DNA of 64,000 nucleotides, from the NCBI GenBank assembly GCA_035310145.1, contig DATGEL010000120.1, forward strand, positions 21,479-85,478, in the 5' to 3' direction. Below, piece after piece: positions 12,107 to 21,530 of the stretch. Under the pieces are notes generated by a model, which was given only the letters and a program-made list of their open reading frames with translations, was not told the DNA's origin and did not search any database. The DNA is from Dehalococcoidia bacterium (GTDB taxonomy: Bacteria; Chloroflexota; Dehalococcoidia; CAUJGQ01). The position numbers and the translations under genes are program-made. Position 1 is the stretch's first letter, and the number at the start of each line of letters is the position of its first letter.

Positions 12107-13054
12107 ATGCAGCGCTACATTTTGCGGCGGCTTCTGATGGCGGCGCTGATCGTCTGGGCGATCTCCGTCGTCGTCTTCGTGCTGCTGCGTGTCTCGCCCG
12201 GCGATCCGGCGTTGCTGCAGCAGGGCATCAACGCCACGCCGGAGAAGATCGCCGCGGTTCACAAGCAGCTTGGACTCGACCGGCCGATGATCGTGCAGTA
12301 CTTCGACTGGGTCGGCAAGCTGCTCCACGGCGACCTCGGCAGCTCCGTGCTCAGCCAGACCTCGGTCACGCACGAGTTCCGCCAGCGCTTCCCCATCAGC
12401 CTTGAACTGATGGTGTTGACCGTGTTCTGGGTGGTGGTGATCGGCATCCCCCTGGGCATGGTTTCGGCGATCAAACGCAATTCGCTTACGGACTACATCG
12501 CGAGGCTGCTGGCGATTTTTGGGCTCTCAGTGCCCGCGTTCTGGGTGGCGACGCTCGTGCTGATCCTGCCGGCGCAGTGGTGGGGCTACGCGCCGCCGCT
12601 GGGCAGGCAGATCGCGCTCTTCAGCGATCCGGCCGAGAATCTACGCCAGTTTCTGCCAGCCTCACTGGTGCTGGCGCTGGGGCCGATCGCGGCGATCATG
12701 CGGCTCACCCGCTCCTCGATGCTGGAGGTGCTGCGCCAGGATTACGTGCGGACGGCACGCGCCAAGGGCCTGCGCGAGCAGGCCGTCGTCTTCGGGCACG
12801 TGCTGAAGAACTCGCTGGTGCCGGTGATCACCGTGCTGGGCCTGCTCACGGCCGGGCTGCTCGGCGGCTCGGTGATCATCGAGCAGATCTTTGCCCTGCG
12901 CGGCATCGGCCAGTACATCTTCATGTCTTTGCTGCAAAAGGATTTCCCGGTGGCGCAGGGCCTGGTCATGTACACGGCCGCCGTGGTGGTGCTGATCAAC
13001 CTGGTCGTGGATATCTCCTACGCGGTGCTCGATCCGCGTATTCGCTACGCATGA
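12107..13054 (+). CDS. ABC transporter permease (DppB/OppB-like)
   Basis: Polytopic; binding-protein-dependent transport signature region; GAGGG SD. Confidence 0.8.
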   Translation: MQRYILRRLLMAALIVWAISVVVFVLLRVSPGDPALLQQGINATPEKIAAVHKQLGLDRPMIVQYFDWVGKLLHGDLGSSVLSQTSVTHEFRQRFPISLELMVLTVFWVVVIGIPLGMVSAIKRNSLTDYIARLLAIFGLSVPAFWVATLVLILPAQWWGYAPPLGRQIALFSDPAENLRQFLPASLVLALGPIAAIMRLTRSSMLEVLRQDYVRTARAKGLREQAVVFGHVLKNSLVPVITVLGLLTAGLLGGSVIIEQIFALRGIGQYIFMSLLQKDFPVAQGLVMYTAAVVVLINLVVDISYAVLDPRIRYA

Positions 13055-13063
13055 GGGTGAGGC

Positions 13064-13969
13064 GTGAATCGAGAGGGGACGCATCCGGGCACCGGCGCCA
13101 TCCTCGGCCTGCCTGAGAGCGCCGGCGATCGCCGACTTGCCCGCTACCTGCAGGTCGCGCGCGCCAATCCGCTGGGTGTGTTCGGCGGCGTGCTGATCCT
13201 CGTGCTGATCGTCGTCGGCATCCTCGCGCCGGCGATCGCGCCCTATCCGATCGACAAGTTCGCGGGCGTGCCGATCAAGGCGCCAAGCGCAGCGCATCTC
13301 TTCGGCACGGACAAGTTCGGGCGAGACATCTTCAGCCGGGTGGTGCACGGGGCGCGCATTTCGCTGGAGGTCGGCTTCTTCTCGGTGATCCTCGGCACGC
13401 TGGTGGGCATGATCATCGGCACCATCTCCGGGTACGCCGGGGGGCTGGTGGATGCGGTGATTCAGCGCAGCGTGGATACGGCGATCGCCTTTCCCCAGCT
13501 TATCCTGCTGCTGATCGTGATCCGCGTGCTGGGACCGTCGATCGTCAACGTGATCCTCGTGATCGCGATCGGGATCGTGCCCGGCGTGGCGCGGGTCGTG
13601 CGCGGCGCGGTGCTGTCCGAAGCGCGCAACGCCTATGTGGAGGCCGCGCGCGCCACGGGCGCATCGGGCGCGCGCATCGTGGGACGGCACCTGGTGCCCA
13701 ATGTACTGCCCCTGACGATCGTGATCGCTACCACGCTGCTGGGCACTGCTATCCTGGCCGAGGCCTCGCTCTCCTTCCTGGGCCTTGGCATCACGCCGCC
13801 GAATCCTTCGTGGGGAGCGGACATCTCCGCCGCCCGCAACAGTTTTCCGATCAACACCTGGTCGGCCCTCTTCCCCGGCATCGCCATCAGCCTGACGGTG
13901 CTGGGCTTCAACCTGCTGGGCGATGCCCTGCGCGACATCCTCGACCCGCGCCTGCGCGGCTCGCGCTGA
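13064..13969 (+). CDS. ABC transporter permease (DppC/OppC-like)
   Basis: Polytopic; follows first permease by 10 nt; no ATP-binding subunit genes follow. Confidence 0.8.
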   Translation: MNREGTHPGTGAILGLPESAGDRRLARYLQVARANPLGVFGGVLILVLIVVGILAPAIAPYPIDKFAGVPIKAPSAAHLFGTDKFGRDIFSRVVHGARISLEVGFFSVILGTLVGMIIGTISGYAGGLVDAVIQRSVDTAIAFPQLILLLIVIRVLGPSIVNVILVIAIGIVPGVARVVRGAVLSEARNAYVEAARATGASGARIVGRHLVPNVLPLTIVIATTLLGTAILAEASLSFLGLGITPPNPSWGADISAARNSFPINTWSALFPGIAISLTVLGFNLLGDALRDILDPRLRGSR

Positions 13970-14167
13970 CGCGCTGCCCCCGGCGCTGCCCTGGCCGCAT
14001 GGCAGGCGGAGCGTGCAGCGTTCGATGGACCAGAGCCTCGCCGAACGCCCTATCGTTCGCCGTGCGCCATTGCGGAGCGCCGCGCGCGGACCGCGCCGCT
14101 CGTTCGTCCCGCCGATGATTGACGGAACACTGATTGCACCACCGGCCCGCCGTGCTACGCTCGCAGC

Positions 14168-14278
14168 ATGAACCCTCCCTTGCAGACCTGCCCACGCTGC
14201 GGCACGCTAATGTCGGCGATCGGCGGCTCCAAGGCGGCCGTCTGCCGGCGCTGCGGCTACAAGGACGACTGCTGCTGA
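14168..14278 (+). CDS. small zinc-ribbon protein (36 aa, CPRC..CRRC..DDCC)
   Basis: ORF MNPPLQTCPRCGTLMSAIGGSKAAVCRRCGYKDDCC with genome-typical GC3; absent from ORF track only because <60 aa; no clear SD (possibly leaderless). Confidence 0.35.
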   Translation: MNPPLQTCPRCGTLMSAIGGSKAAVCRRCGYKDDCC

Positions 14279-14473
14279 TCCAGGCGCCCGTTGCGGCCGC
14301 CGCTCCAGCCATCTGCCGCGGACCCCAACAAGCCGTTGCCGGCGGCAGCCTGCCGGTCTGGCCTGCGCCGGCTACCGGCCCGCATCGCCTGTCCAGCGGC
14401 GCGAGCGCCGCAGGCGAACGGCACGGCCGCGCGCTCTGGACCTTGGCGCCGGGCGTGTGCGTAGATTGAAGCG

Positions 14474-15130
14474 ATGCAGACGATCGATTGGCGTCTCTTT
14501 GAACTGGTGAACGGCCTCGCCGGTCACGTGCACGCACTCGACAGCCTGATGAAGCTCTGCGCGAGCAGCCTGGAGTATGCCCTGCTCGTGCTCGTCGGCA
14601 CACTCTGGATCACGCCGGCGGAAAGCGATGGCGCCAGCGCGGCCCGACAGCGGATCGTGATCTACGCGCTGCTCGCGGCGCTGCTGGCGCTCGGCGTCAA
14701 CCAGGTCATCAGCCATATCTGGTTCCGGCCGCGACCGTTCGCGCACCACTCCGTCACACTGCTCGTGCCGCACGCGGCGGACGCATCCTTCCCTTCCGAC
14801 CACGCGGCCGGCGGTTTCGCGCTTGCCGCTTCGGTCTGGCTGGCGGTCGATCGCTGGGCGCGGCGCCTGGGCTGGCTGCTGCTCGCGCTGGCGGCGGTGC
14901 TGGCGCTGGCGCGCGTTTACATCGGCGTGCACTACCCCTTCGACGTGATCGGCGGGGCGTTGATCGGCGCCGCCACGGCATGGCTGGTCTGGCTGGCGCG
15001 CACGCCGCTCGACCTGGCGGTTGCACCTCTGTTGCGGCCGGCGCATCGCCTCACCACCGCGGTGCTCGACCGGGCGGGCGCCGGTCGCTGGCAGGTCGCG
15101 GCGGGCGGAATGCGCCCGACGCCGCGGTAA
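14474..15130 (+). CDS. PAP2 family phosphatase (undecaprenyl-diphosphatase/phosphatidic acid phosphatase-like)
   Basis: 218 aa membrane protein; PSDHAAG..YIGVHYPFDVIGG acid-phosphatase motifs. Confidence 0.75.
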   Translation: MQTIDWRLFELVNGLAGHVHALDSLMKLCASSLEYALLVLVGTLWITPAESDGASAARQRIVIYALLAALLALGVNQVISHIWFRPRPFAHHSVTLLVPHAADASFPSDHAAGGFALAASVWLAVDRWARRLGWLLLALAAVLALARVYIGVHYPFDVIGGALIGAATAWLVWLARTPLDLAVAPLLRPAHRLTTAVLDRAGAGRWQVAAGGMRPTPR

Positions 15131-15209
15131 GGGCATCCGGGGATGCGGCCCCTCGCCACGTTCCGGGATTTGACGGGGCGGCAGGCGGCTCGCTATCCTC
15201 ATGATCTGC

Positions 15210-15285
15210 GGGCGGCTAGCTCAGCTGGTTAGAGCGCTGCGTTGACATCGCAGAGGTCACTGGTTCGAGTCCAGTGTCGCCCACC
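15210..15285 (+). tRNA. tRNA-Val (anticodon GAC)
   Basis: Cloverleaf folded by hand: acceptor GGGCGGC/GTCGCCC, D-arm GCTCAGCTGGTTAGAGC, anticodon stem CTGCG/CGCAG with loop TTGACAT, T-arm ACTGGTTCGAGTCCAGT. Confidence 0.85.
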
Positions 15286-15339
15286 GGCCCAAAAACCGCA
15301 TAGCGAACGGCGATGACCGGGATATGTCCCGCGACCGGC

Positions 15340-15617
15340 GCCCGCCCAGAGACGAGAGTCACCGGCTGTAAGCTCTCGCACGGGCGCCGCGCGACGATAC
15401 CACCCGTGAGCCGGCCGGCGAAGCGGCTGCCCTGTGCTGAGCATGCGGGCGCCGCCAGCCGGACCCGCTGGCCCCGTTAGCGGCCCTGCAACGAGGAGCC
15501 GTGCGTCCGTCCCCGGCGGCGGCTCGAAGTCGGGTGGAACCACGTGACCGCAGGCCCCACGTCCCGACGCACCGTGCTTTGTGCGGTGCGCGGCGACCGT
15601 CGGGCCTGTTGTGATTC
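15340..15617 (+). promoter_or_regulatory. candidate T-box riboswitch leader of thrS (Thr)
   Basis: T-box sequence GUCGGGUGGAACCACGUG (15529-15546) folds as helix A1 GUCGGG/CCCGAC, 7-nt bulge UGGAACC, helix A2 ACGUG/CACGU. An alternative terminator helix (15552-15607) is followed by GUUGUGAUU. Upstream hairpin loop holds ACC-G (Thr codon) beside an AGAGA internal loop. Confidence 0.45.
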
Positions 15618-15633
15618 AGGGGAGGGTTTCACC

Positions 15634-17397
15634 ATGTCGGCAGAACTCGAACACGGCGCCATCCGCGGAATGGACGAAGCGCTCTACCGCATGCGCCACT
15701 CGGCGGCGCACATGATGGCGAAGGCCGTCCTGGATATGTTCCCGGACGCGCGCATCGCCATCGGCCCGCCCATCGAAAACGGCTTCTACTACGACTTCGA
15801 CCTGCCACGTCCGCTCACGCCCGACGATCTGGCCGTGCTCGAAGCGAACATGCGCGAGCAGATGCGGCAGGACTTGCCGTTCGTCGCGTCCGAGATTTCG
15901 AAGGCCGAGGCGGACGAGCGCTTCAAAGATCAGCCCTTCAAGCTGGAGATCATCGAGGGCATTGCCGACGAGCAGGTCGGTTTGTTCACACACGACTCCT
16001 TCACGGATCTCTGCGCCGGGCCGCACGTCGCCAGCACGGGCAAGGTCGGCGCCTTCAGGCTGATGAGCGTGGCAGGAGCTTACTGGCGCGGCGACGCCGC
16101 GCGGCCGATGCTGCAGCGCGTCTACGGCGTTTGCTTCCCCACGCAGGCGGAGCTGGATGCCCACCTCGCCGTGCTGGAAGAGGCACGCAAGCGCGACCAT
16201 CGCCGCCTCGGCCGCGAGCTGGGCCTGTTCACCTTCAGCGAGGACGTCGGCTCCGGCATTCCCCTCTTTCTGCCGCACGGCGAGATCGTGCGCCACGAGA
16301 TGGAGTCGTTCGTGCGGGAGGTGCAGACGCGCCACGGCTTTCAGCACGTCTGGACGGCGCACGTCGCCCGCGCCGAACTGTTCCGGAAGTCGGGCCACCT
16401 GGAGCACTATCGCGAGGTGATGTGGCCGCCCATGGACGACGACGGCGACATCTACATGCTGAAGCCGATGAACTGTCCCTCCCATATGACGCTTTACAAC
16501 ACGCAGCTGCACAGCTACCGCGAGCTGCCGCTCCGCTACGCCGAGTTCGCCACGCTCTACCGCTACGAGCTGGCGGGCGTGCTCTCCGGCCTGACGCGCG
16601 TGCGCTCGCTGACGCAGGACGACTGCCACATCTTCTGCACGCCGGAGCAGATTCAGGAGGAGTTCGCTCGCTGCCTCGCCGTGGTCAGGGAGGTGATGGC
16701 CGCCTTCGGCCTCACCGACAACTACGTGCAGCTGTCCCTGCGCGACCGCAGCGGGGGCAAGTTCATCCAGGACGATGAGCGGTGGCAGCAGGCCGAGGCA
16801 GCGCTGCGCCGGGCCCTGGACAGCGGCGGCATCGCCTATCAGCCGGTGGAGGGAGAGGCCGCGTTCTACGGGCCCAAGGCCGACTTCATGGCGCGCGACG
16901 CCCTTGGCCGCGAGTGGCAGCTTTCAACGATCCAGGTGGACTTCATCCAGCCGGCGCGGCTCGGCTGCAAATACATCGGCGAGGACGGCGCGGAGCACAC
17001 GCCGGTGATGCTGCACCGGGCCGTGATGGGTTCCACGGAGCGCTTCCTCGGCGTGCTGATCGAGCACACAGCGGGCAACTTCCCGACCTGGCTGGCGCCC
17101 GTGCAGTCTCAGATCATTCCCATCGCCGATCGGCATCTCGAATACGCCCGGGCGCTGCAGCAGCGGCTACGCGATGCGGGCGTGCGCGCCGACGTGGACG
17201 ATCGCTCGGAGCGCATGAACGCCAAGATCCGCCACGCGCAGATGCTGAAGATCCCGTACATGCTGGTCGTCGGCGACAAGGAGATTCAGGCCGAAGCAGC
17301 GGCGGTGCGGCTGCGCAGCGGTGAAGACCTCGGCCCGCTGCCGGTCAGCGAGATCATCGCGAGGCTGCGCGGAGAGATCACATCGCGCCGCGTATGA
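15634..17397 (+). CDS. thrS: threonine--tRNA ligase (short form lacking the N-terminal TGS domain)
   Basis: AGGGGAGGG SD; HSAAHMMAKA.., class II motifs, C-terminal anticodon-binding domain. Confidence 0.9.
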   Translation: MSAELEHGAIRGMDEALYRMRHSAAHMMAKAVLDMFPDARIAIGPPIENGFYYDFDLPRPLTPDDLAVLEANMREQMRQDLPFVASEISKAEADERFKDQPFKLEIIEGIADEQVGLFTHDSFTDLCAGPHVASTGKVGAFRLMSVAGAYWRGDAARPMLQRVYGVCFPTQAELDAHLAVLEEARKRDHRRLGRELGLFTFSEDVGSGIPLFLPHGEIVRHEMESFVREVQTRHGFQHVWTAHVARAELFRKSGHLEHYREVMWPPMDDDGDIYMLKPMNCPSHMTLYNTQLHSYRELPLRYAEFATLYRYELAGVLSGLTRVRSLTQDDCHIFCTPEQIQEEFARCLAVVREVMAAFGLTDNYVQLSLRDRSGGKFIQDDERWQQAEAALRRALDSGGIAYQPVEGEAAFYGPKADFMARDALGREWQLSTIQVDFIQPARLGCKYIGEDGAEHTPVMLHRAVMGSTERFLGVLIEHTAGNFPTWLAPVQSQIIPIADRHLEYARALQQRLRDAGVRADVDDRSERMNAKIRHAQMLKIPYMLVVGDKEIQAEAAAVRLRSGEDLGPLPVSEIIARLRGEITSRRV

Positions 17398-17969
17398 CCG
17401 AGCCGCGGGTACTGGCCCTGGCCGCGATCGGCGTCGTCTTCCTGCGGAGCCCCAACTACCTGGCGGAGACGATCGCCGACGCGGTTGATGCCAAGATGCT
17501 GGACGCGCGCGACGAGGGGCGCTTCTGGCGCACCGCCGTGCGCGCCTACGAGCTGCGGCAGAGCGAGCTGCCCGAGTTGCAGGCGCGCATCGCGCGCAAG
17601 TACTGCCGCAATCTGGATATCTGGGGCGCGCTGCCCCGGCTTCGCGAGCGCTACCAACTCGTGCTCGTCCACGGCGGACCCAGCGTGATTCTCGACTGCT
17701 GGCGGGGCGAGTATGACCTTGCGGGGCGCTTCGACCTGATCGTCGAAGCGGCGCCGCACGGCCTCCTCACACGTGACGCCGCGCTCTACGAGCTGACGGC
17801 GGGGGACGCCGGCGTCCCCGTCGAGGCGTGCGCGGTGGTCGAGGCAACGCTTGCCGGCTACGAGGCGGCGGCGGCGGCCGGACTGCGGGCGTACCGCTAC
17901 GGCACGGCCTACGGGCTGCAGCGATGGCTTTCCGCCGGCGCCGGCGACGAAGGGCAAAAAGTCCGTTGA
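17394..17969 (+). CDS. hypothetical protein, translationally coupled to thrS (ATGA overlap)
   Basis: 191 aa; coding-like GC3; no family recognised. Confidence 0.45.
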   Translation: MTEPRVLALAAIGVVFLRSPNYLAETIADAVDAKMLDARDEGRFWRTAVRAYELRQSELPELQARIARKYCRNLDIWGALPRLRERYQLVLVHGGPSVILDCWRGEYDLAGRFDLIVEAAPHGLLTRDAALYELTAGDAGVPVEACAVVEATLAGYEAAAAAGLRAYRYGTAYGLQRWLSAGAGDEGQKVR

Positions 17970-18005
17970 CGGCGTGGCGCGGCGCCTGTCATACTGAAGC
18001 TCCGA

Positions 18006-18033
18006 GGGGCCAGGCTGGCCCCCAGTTTGTTAT
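18006..18033 (+). terminator. intrinsic terminator/attenuator-like hairpin upstream of infC
   Basis: GGGGCC-aggcu-GGCCCC followed by CAGUUUGUUAU, a rare U-rich tail in this genome. Confidence 0.45.
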
Positions 18034-18053
18034 GTCAGAAAAGGGGAGCGCGT

Positions 18054-18668
18054 ATCAGCCGCGAATACCGCATCAACGACCGGATTCGAGCGCGTGAGGT
18101 TCGCCTGATCGGAGAGAACGGCGAGCAGCTCGGCGCGGTGCCGCTGTTCAAGGCGCTGGAGATGGCGCGGGAGGCCGGACTGGATCTCGTCGAAGTCGCG
18201 CCGTCCGCCGTGCCGCCCGTCTGCCGGCTGCTGGACTACGGCAAGTTCAAGTACGAGCAGGCCAAGAAAGAGCGCGAGGCCCGCAAGCACCAGAAGAACG
18301 TGCTGCTGCGCGAGATTCGCATGGAGCCGAAGATCGCCGAGCACGACGTGGACTTCAAGCTGCGCACGGCCGAGAAGCTGCTCAAAGAGGGCGACAAAGT
18401 TAAGATCTCGGTGCGCTTCCGCGGGCGCGAGATTACGCATCCGCAGATCGGGCGCGACCTGCTGGAACAGGTGTACGGCAGGTTGAAGACGATCGCCAGC
18501 ATCGAGAAGCCCGTGGGCATGGAAGGGCGCCAGATGACGATGATCCTGACGCCCGGCGCCGCCAAGCCGGAGAAACCGCAGCGGCCGCCGGCTGCCGCGG
18601 CGCGCCCGGTGGAGTCGGCGCCGGCGGCGCCCGCCGAGCCCGCCGTCGTCGCGCCGACGAGCGAGTAG
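18054..18668 (+). CDS. infC: translation initiation factor IF-3 with non-AUG (AUC) start
   Basis: ISREYRINDRIRAREVRLIGENG.. canonical IF-3 N-terminus; AAGGGGAG SD 5 nt before ATC 18054; no in-frame AUG/GUG at suitable spacing (infC classically uses AUU/AUA/AUC). Confidence 0.8.
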   Translation: MSREYRINDRIRAREVRLIGENGEQLGAVPLFKALEMAREAGLDLVEVAPSAVPPVCRLLDYGKFKYEQAKKEREARKHQKNVLLREIRMEPKIAEHDVDFKLRTAEKLLKEGDKVKISVRFRGREITHPQIGRDLLEQVYGRLKTIASIEKPVGMEGRQMTMILTPGAAKPEKPQRPPAAAARPVESAPAAPAEPAVVAPTSE

Positions 18669-18727
18669 CGGAACAAGAGTCGGTTGCAGCAGCGGCGCGC
18701 ACCAGTGCAGCCGCGGGAGTGGTTTGC

Positions 18728-18931
18728 GTGCCCAAGCTGAAGACGCACAAAGGCGCCAAGCGCCGCTTCAAGATCACGGCCACGGGCAAAATCCTGCGCA
18801 TGGCCGGCAACAAGCGCCACCTCAAGGCGTTCAAGAGCAAGCGCGCCCTGCACAAGGACGACAAGCAGTTCGAGGTCACCGGCGGCATGCGCGCCAAGAT
18901 GAAGCGCGTGCTGCCCTACGGACGGATGTAG
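18728..18931 (+). CDS. rpmI: 50S ribosomal protein L35
   Basis: GTG start 8 nt after GGGAG; (M)PKLKTHKGAKRRFKITATGKI.. Confidence 0.85.
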   Translation: MPKLKTHKGAKRRFKITATGKILRMAGNKRHLKAFKSKRALHKDDKQFEVTGGMRAKMKRVLPYGRM

Positions 18932-19007
18932 CGAACTGGCCCGCGCGCCACGGCGTGAGCGGGCGAACCCGTAAGCGCATCGCCTGAGCGAACGAAGGTA
19001 GGACAGC

Positions 19008-19367
19008 GTGAGTCGAGTGAAGCGCGGCGTGGCGGGGCACGCCCGGCACAAGAAGCTCCTGGACCTGGCGAAGGGCCACAAGGGGCAGCGTCATCGCCTC
19101 TTCCGCCGCGCCAACGAGTCGGTGCTGCACGCCCTGCAGTACGCCTACCGCGACCGCAAGGACCGCAAGGGCGACTTCCGCGCGCTCTGGATTATGCGTA
19201 TCAACGCCGCCGCGCGGCTGCATGGCACGACGTACAGCCGGCTGATGCACGGCCTGAAGGCGGCCGGTATCGCCGTCGATCGCAAGATCCTGGCCGACCT
19301 GGCCGTTCGCGACGACGCGGCCTTCGCCAGGCTCGTCGAAACGGCGGGCGAATCGGCGCGGGCCTGA
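19008..19367 (+). CDS. rplT: 50S ribosomal protein L20
   Basis: [23 protein letters not shown].. canonical L20; AAGGTAGGA SD. Confidence 0.9.
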   Translation: MSRVKRGVAGHARHKKLLDLAKGHKGQRHRLFRRANESVLHALQYAYRDRKDRKGDFRALWIMRINAAARLHGTTYSRLMHGLKAAGIAVDRKILADLAVRDDAAFARLVETAGESARA

Positions 19368-19539
19368 TGACCGGTTGCTTCGCTGGATGGCGATTCGCCT
19401 AAACCATGGAAGGCGCCGTTCGTCCGCAGCGGCCGCGGCCAACAACGCGTCGATCGGCGTGCCGCCGCGTCATCCTGCGGAATGAGTCCGCGGCGCACCT
19501 CACCCCTGCAACAGGGATGGCGCCAGCCCGTGGCCGGAG

Positions 19540-20538
19540 CTACCAGAAGCGCCCAAACAGGTTCTGCGCCACCTGGTCCGCCGCCATCGCCATGAACAGC
19601 AGCGTCAGGTAGCTGATCGAGTAGCGGAAAAGGCCGATCGCGGCGCCCTGGCCGGGCTGCTGGTGCAGGCGCCAGGCGAGCAGCAGGAAGCCCGCGCCCA
19701 ACGACGCCGCCGAGACCGTGTACACCGCGCCGACGGCGCCGGTTGGCAACAGCAGGAACGAGAGCAGCACCAGCACGGCCGAGTACATCACGATCTGCCG
19801 CAGCGTCTCGCGCTCGCCGCGCACCACCGGCAGCATGGGAATGTGCGCCCGCTCATAGTCGTCCTGGAAGCGCAGCGCCAGCGCCCAGAAGTGCGGCGGC
19901 GTCCAGACGAAGACGATCAGGAACAGCACCACCGGCGCCCAGGCGAGTTGGCCCGTCACCGCCGCCCAGCCGATCACCGGCGGCATCGCCCCGGCAGCGC
20001 CGCCGATCACGATGTTCTGCGGCGTGCTGCGCTTCAACCAGAGCGTGTAGACGAAGACATAGAAGCCAAGCGCGGCCATCGAGAGTACGGCGCTGGGCAG
20101 GTTGACCCACAGCCACATCTCGAAGAAGGCGGCCACGCCGAGCGTGATGCCGAACACGAGCGCGCGACGCGCGGAGATCTCGCCCGTGACCAGCGGCCGG
20201 CGGCGCGTGCGCACCATCAGCTCGTCGACATCGCGGTCGAGATAACAGTTGATTGCACCGGCGCCGCCGGCGGCCAGGTAGCCCCCCAACGTGGTCGCCA
20301 AGATCAGCCGCCAGCCCGGCCAGCCCTTCGCCGCGAGCAGCATGGCCGGGATCGTCGTCACCAGCAGCAGCTCGATGATGCGCGGCTTAGTCAGGGCGAT
20401 GTAGGCATGCAGCGTCGCCAGCAGGCGGCGCAGGCGCGGCTGCGACGCGTCGATAACGGGAAGCGGCGCGGCGCCGTGCTGCCGGGGCAGGGGCACTGGT
20501 CTGGTCGCGGATTCGCCCGCGCGCAGGCCGAGGCTCAT
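19540..20538 (-). CDS. ctaB: protoheme IX farnesyltransferase (heme O synthase)
   Basis: ATG at 20538 after AGGAGG; UbiA-fold prenyltransferase (..TKPRIIELLLVTT.., ..NCYLDRDVDELM..); start overlaps ctaA stop (ATGA). Confidence 0.85.
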   Translation of the reverse strand: MSLGLRAGESATRPVPLPRQHGAAPLPVIDASQPRLRRLLATLHAYIALTKPRIIELLLVTTIPAMLLAAKGWPGWRLILATTLGGYLAAGGAGAINCYLDRDVDELMVRTRRRPLVTGEISARRALVFGITLGVAAFFEMWLWVNLPSAVLSMAALGFYVFVYTLWLKRSTPQNIVIGGAAGAMPPVIGWAAVTGQLAWAPVVLFLIVFVWTPPHFWALALRFQDDYERAHIPMLPVVRGERETLRQIVMYSAVLVLLSFLLLPTGAVGAVYTVSAASLGAGFLLLAWRLHQQPGQGAAIGLFRYSISYLTLLFMAMAADQVAQNLFGRFW

Positions 20539-21530
20539 CCCGCCGCCTCCTGCGAGCGACCCGGCCGCGGCGCGCGGCGCTCCGGCCCGGCAGCGATCCC
20601 GGCGGCGGGCGTCTCGACGGTGGTGGTCATCTCCTGCCGCGTCAGGGCGAAGCCGGTCCACGCGATCAGCACGAGCGCCGTCCACAGCGCCGCACCGACG
20701 GCAAGGTGAAGCACACGGATGGGTGTCAGCAGCTTCGTCCACGCGTTCAGCGCGCCGATGAAGATTTGAAGCAGGAACAGGCCGAAGCTGTCGCGCACCA
20801 TGCGCTGCGCGGCCGGATTGCCGCGCAGCCAGCGCAATGCCGCCCAAACCAGCAGCGCGAAGGCAACGGTCACCAGCACGACGACGAAGCGATGGAAGAA
20901 GTGAATGTGAACGAAGCGGCTGCCGCCGGGAATGACCTGGCCGTTGCAGAGCGGCCAGCCCGAACACGATGTGCCGGCGCCGGAGCTGGCGGTGTAGCCG
21001 CCGCTGAGCAGCAGCACATACATGCCCGCCGCCGCGGCAACCGCCGCAGCACGGAAGGCGCGTGCTCGCGCGAGCGGCACGCTGCCCGCCCGGGCGAACG
21101 GTCTTCCCCGCGCCAGCGCCGTGGCCGCGGTCAGCGTCACCGTGGCCAGCAGCAGCATCGCCGTGGCGAGGTGCGCCGTGACGATTTCCGGCGAGAGCTT
21201 TTGCGTGACGGTGGCGCCGCCGAGCAAGATCTGCACGATCAGCACGCCGATCGCCGCGCTCGCCAGCGTCACGGCGGCGCGATCGCGGCGGTGCCAGCGC
21301 CACGCGACCGCGGCCGTCGCCAGGATCAGCACGCTGACCAGGCTGGCGAACAGGCGGTGGAAGTACTCGATCAGCACGTGACCGTCGGCCGTGGGCACGA
21401 GGCGGCCGTGGCAGGCCGGCCAATCCGGGCAGGAGAGGCCCGAATTCGTGACGCGCACCGTGCCGCCGATCACGACCAGCAGATAGGTGGCGACCGCCGT
21501 CGCCAGGGCCAAACGTTGGAACCTGGTCAA
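20535..21530 (-). CDS. ctaA: heme A synthase (COX15/CtaA)
   Basis: Likely TTG start after GAGGA; CPDWPAC motif, 8-TM topology; upstream R-rich in-frame extension judged non-coding. Confidence 0.75.
   Translation of the reverse strand: MTRFQRLALATAVATYLLVVIGGTVRVTNSGLSCPDWPACHGRLVPTADGHVLIEYFHRLFASLVSVLILATAAVAWRWHRRDRAAVTLASAAIGVLIVQILLGGATVTQKLSPEIVTAHLATAMLLLATVTLTAATALARGRPFARAGSVPLARARAFRAAAVAAAAGMYVLLLSGGYTASSGAGTSCSGWPLCNGQVIPGGSRFVHIHFFHRFVVVLVTVAFALLVWAALRWLRGNPAAQRMVRDSFGLFLLQIFIGALNAWTKLLTPIRVLHLAVGAALWTALVLIAWTGFALTRQEMTTTVETPAAGIAAGPERRAPRPGRSQEAAG

Noticed and set aside
15210-15285. Possibility that one of the three tRNAs is tRNA-Sec (selC)
   Set aside because: All three are 74-77 nt with standard arms and anticodons GAC, CUG and CUC; none has the UCA anticodon, 8-bp acceptor or long variable arm of tRNA-Sec. 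The Sec machinery, if present, lies outside this window.
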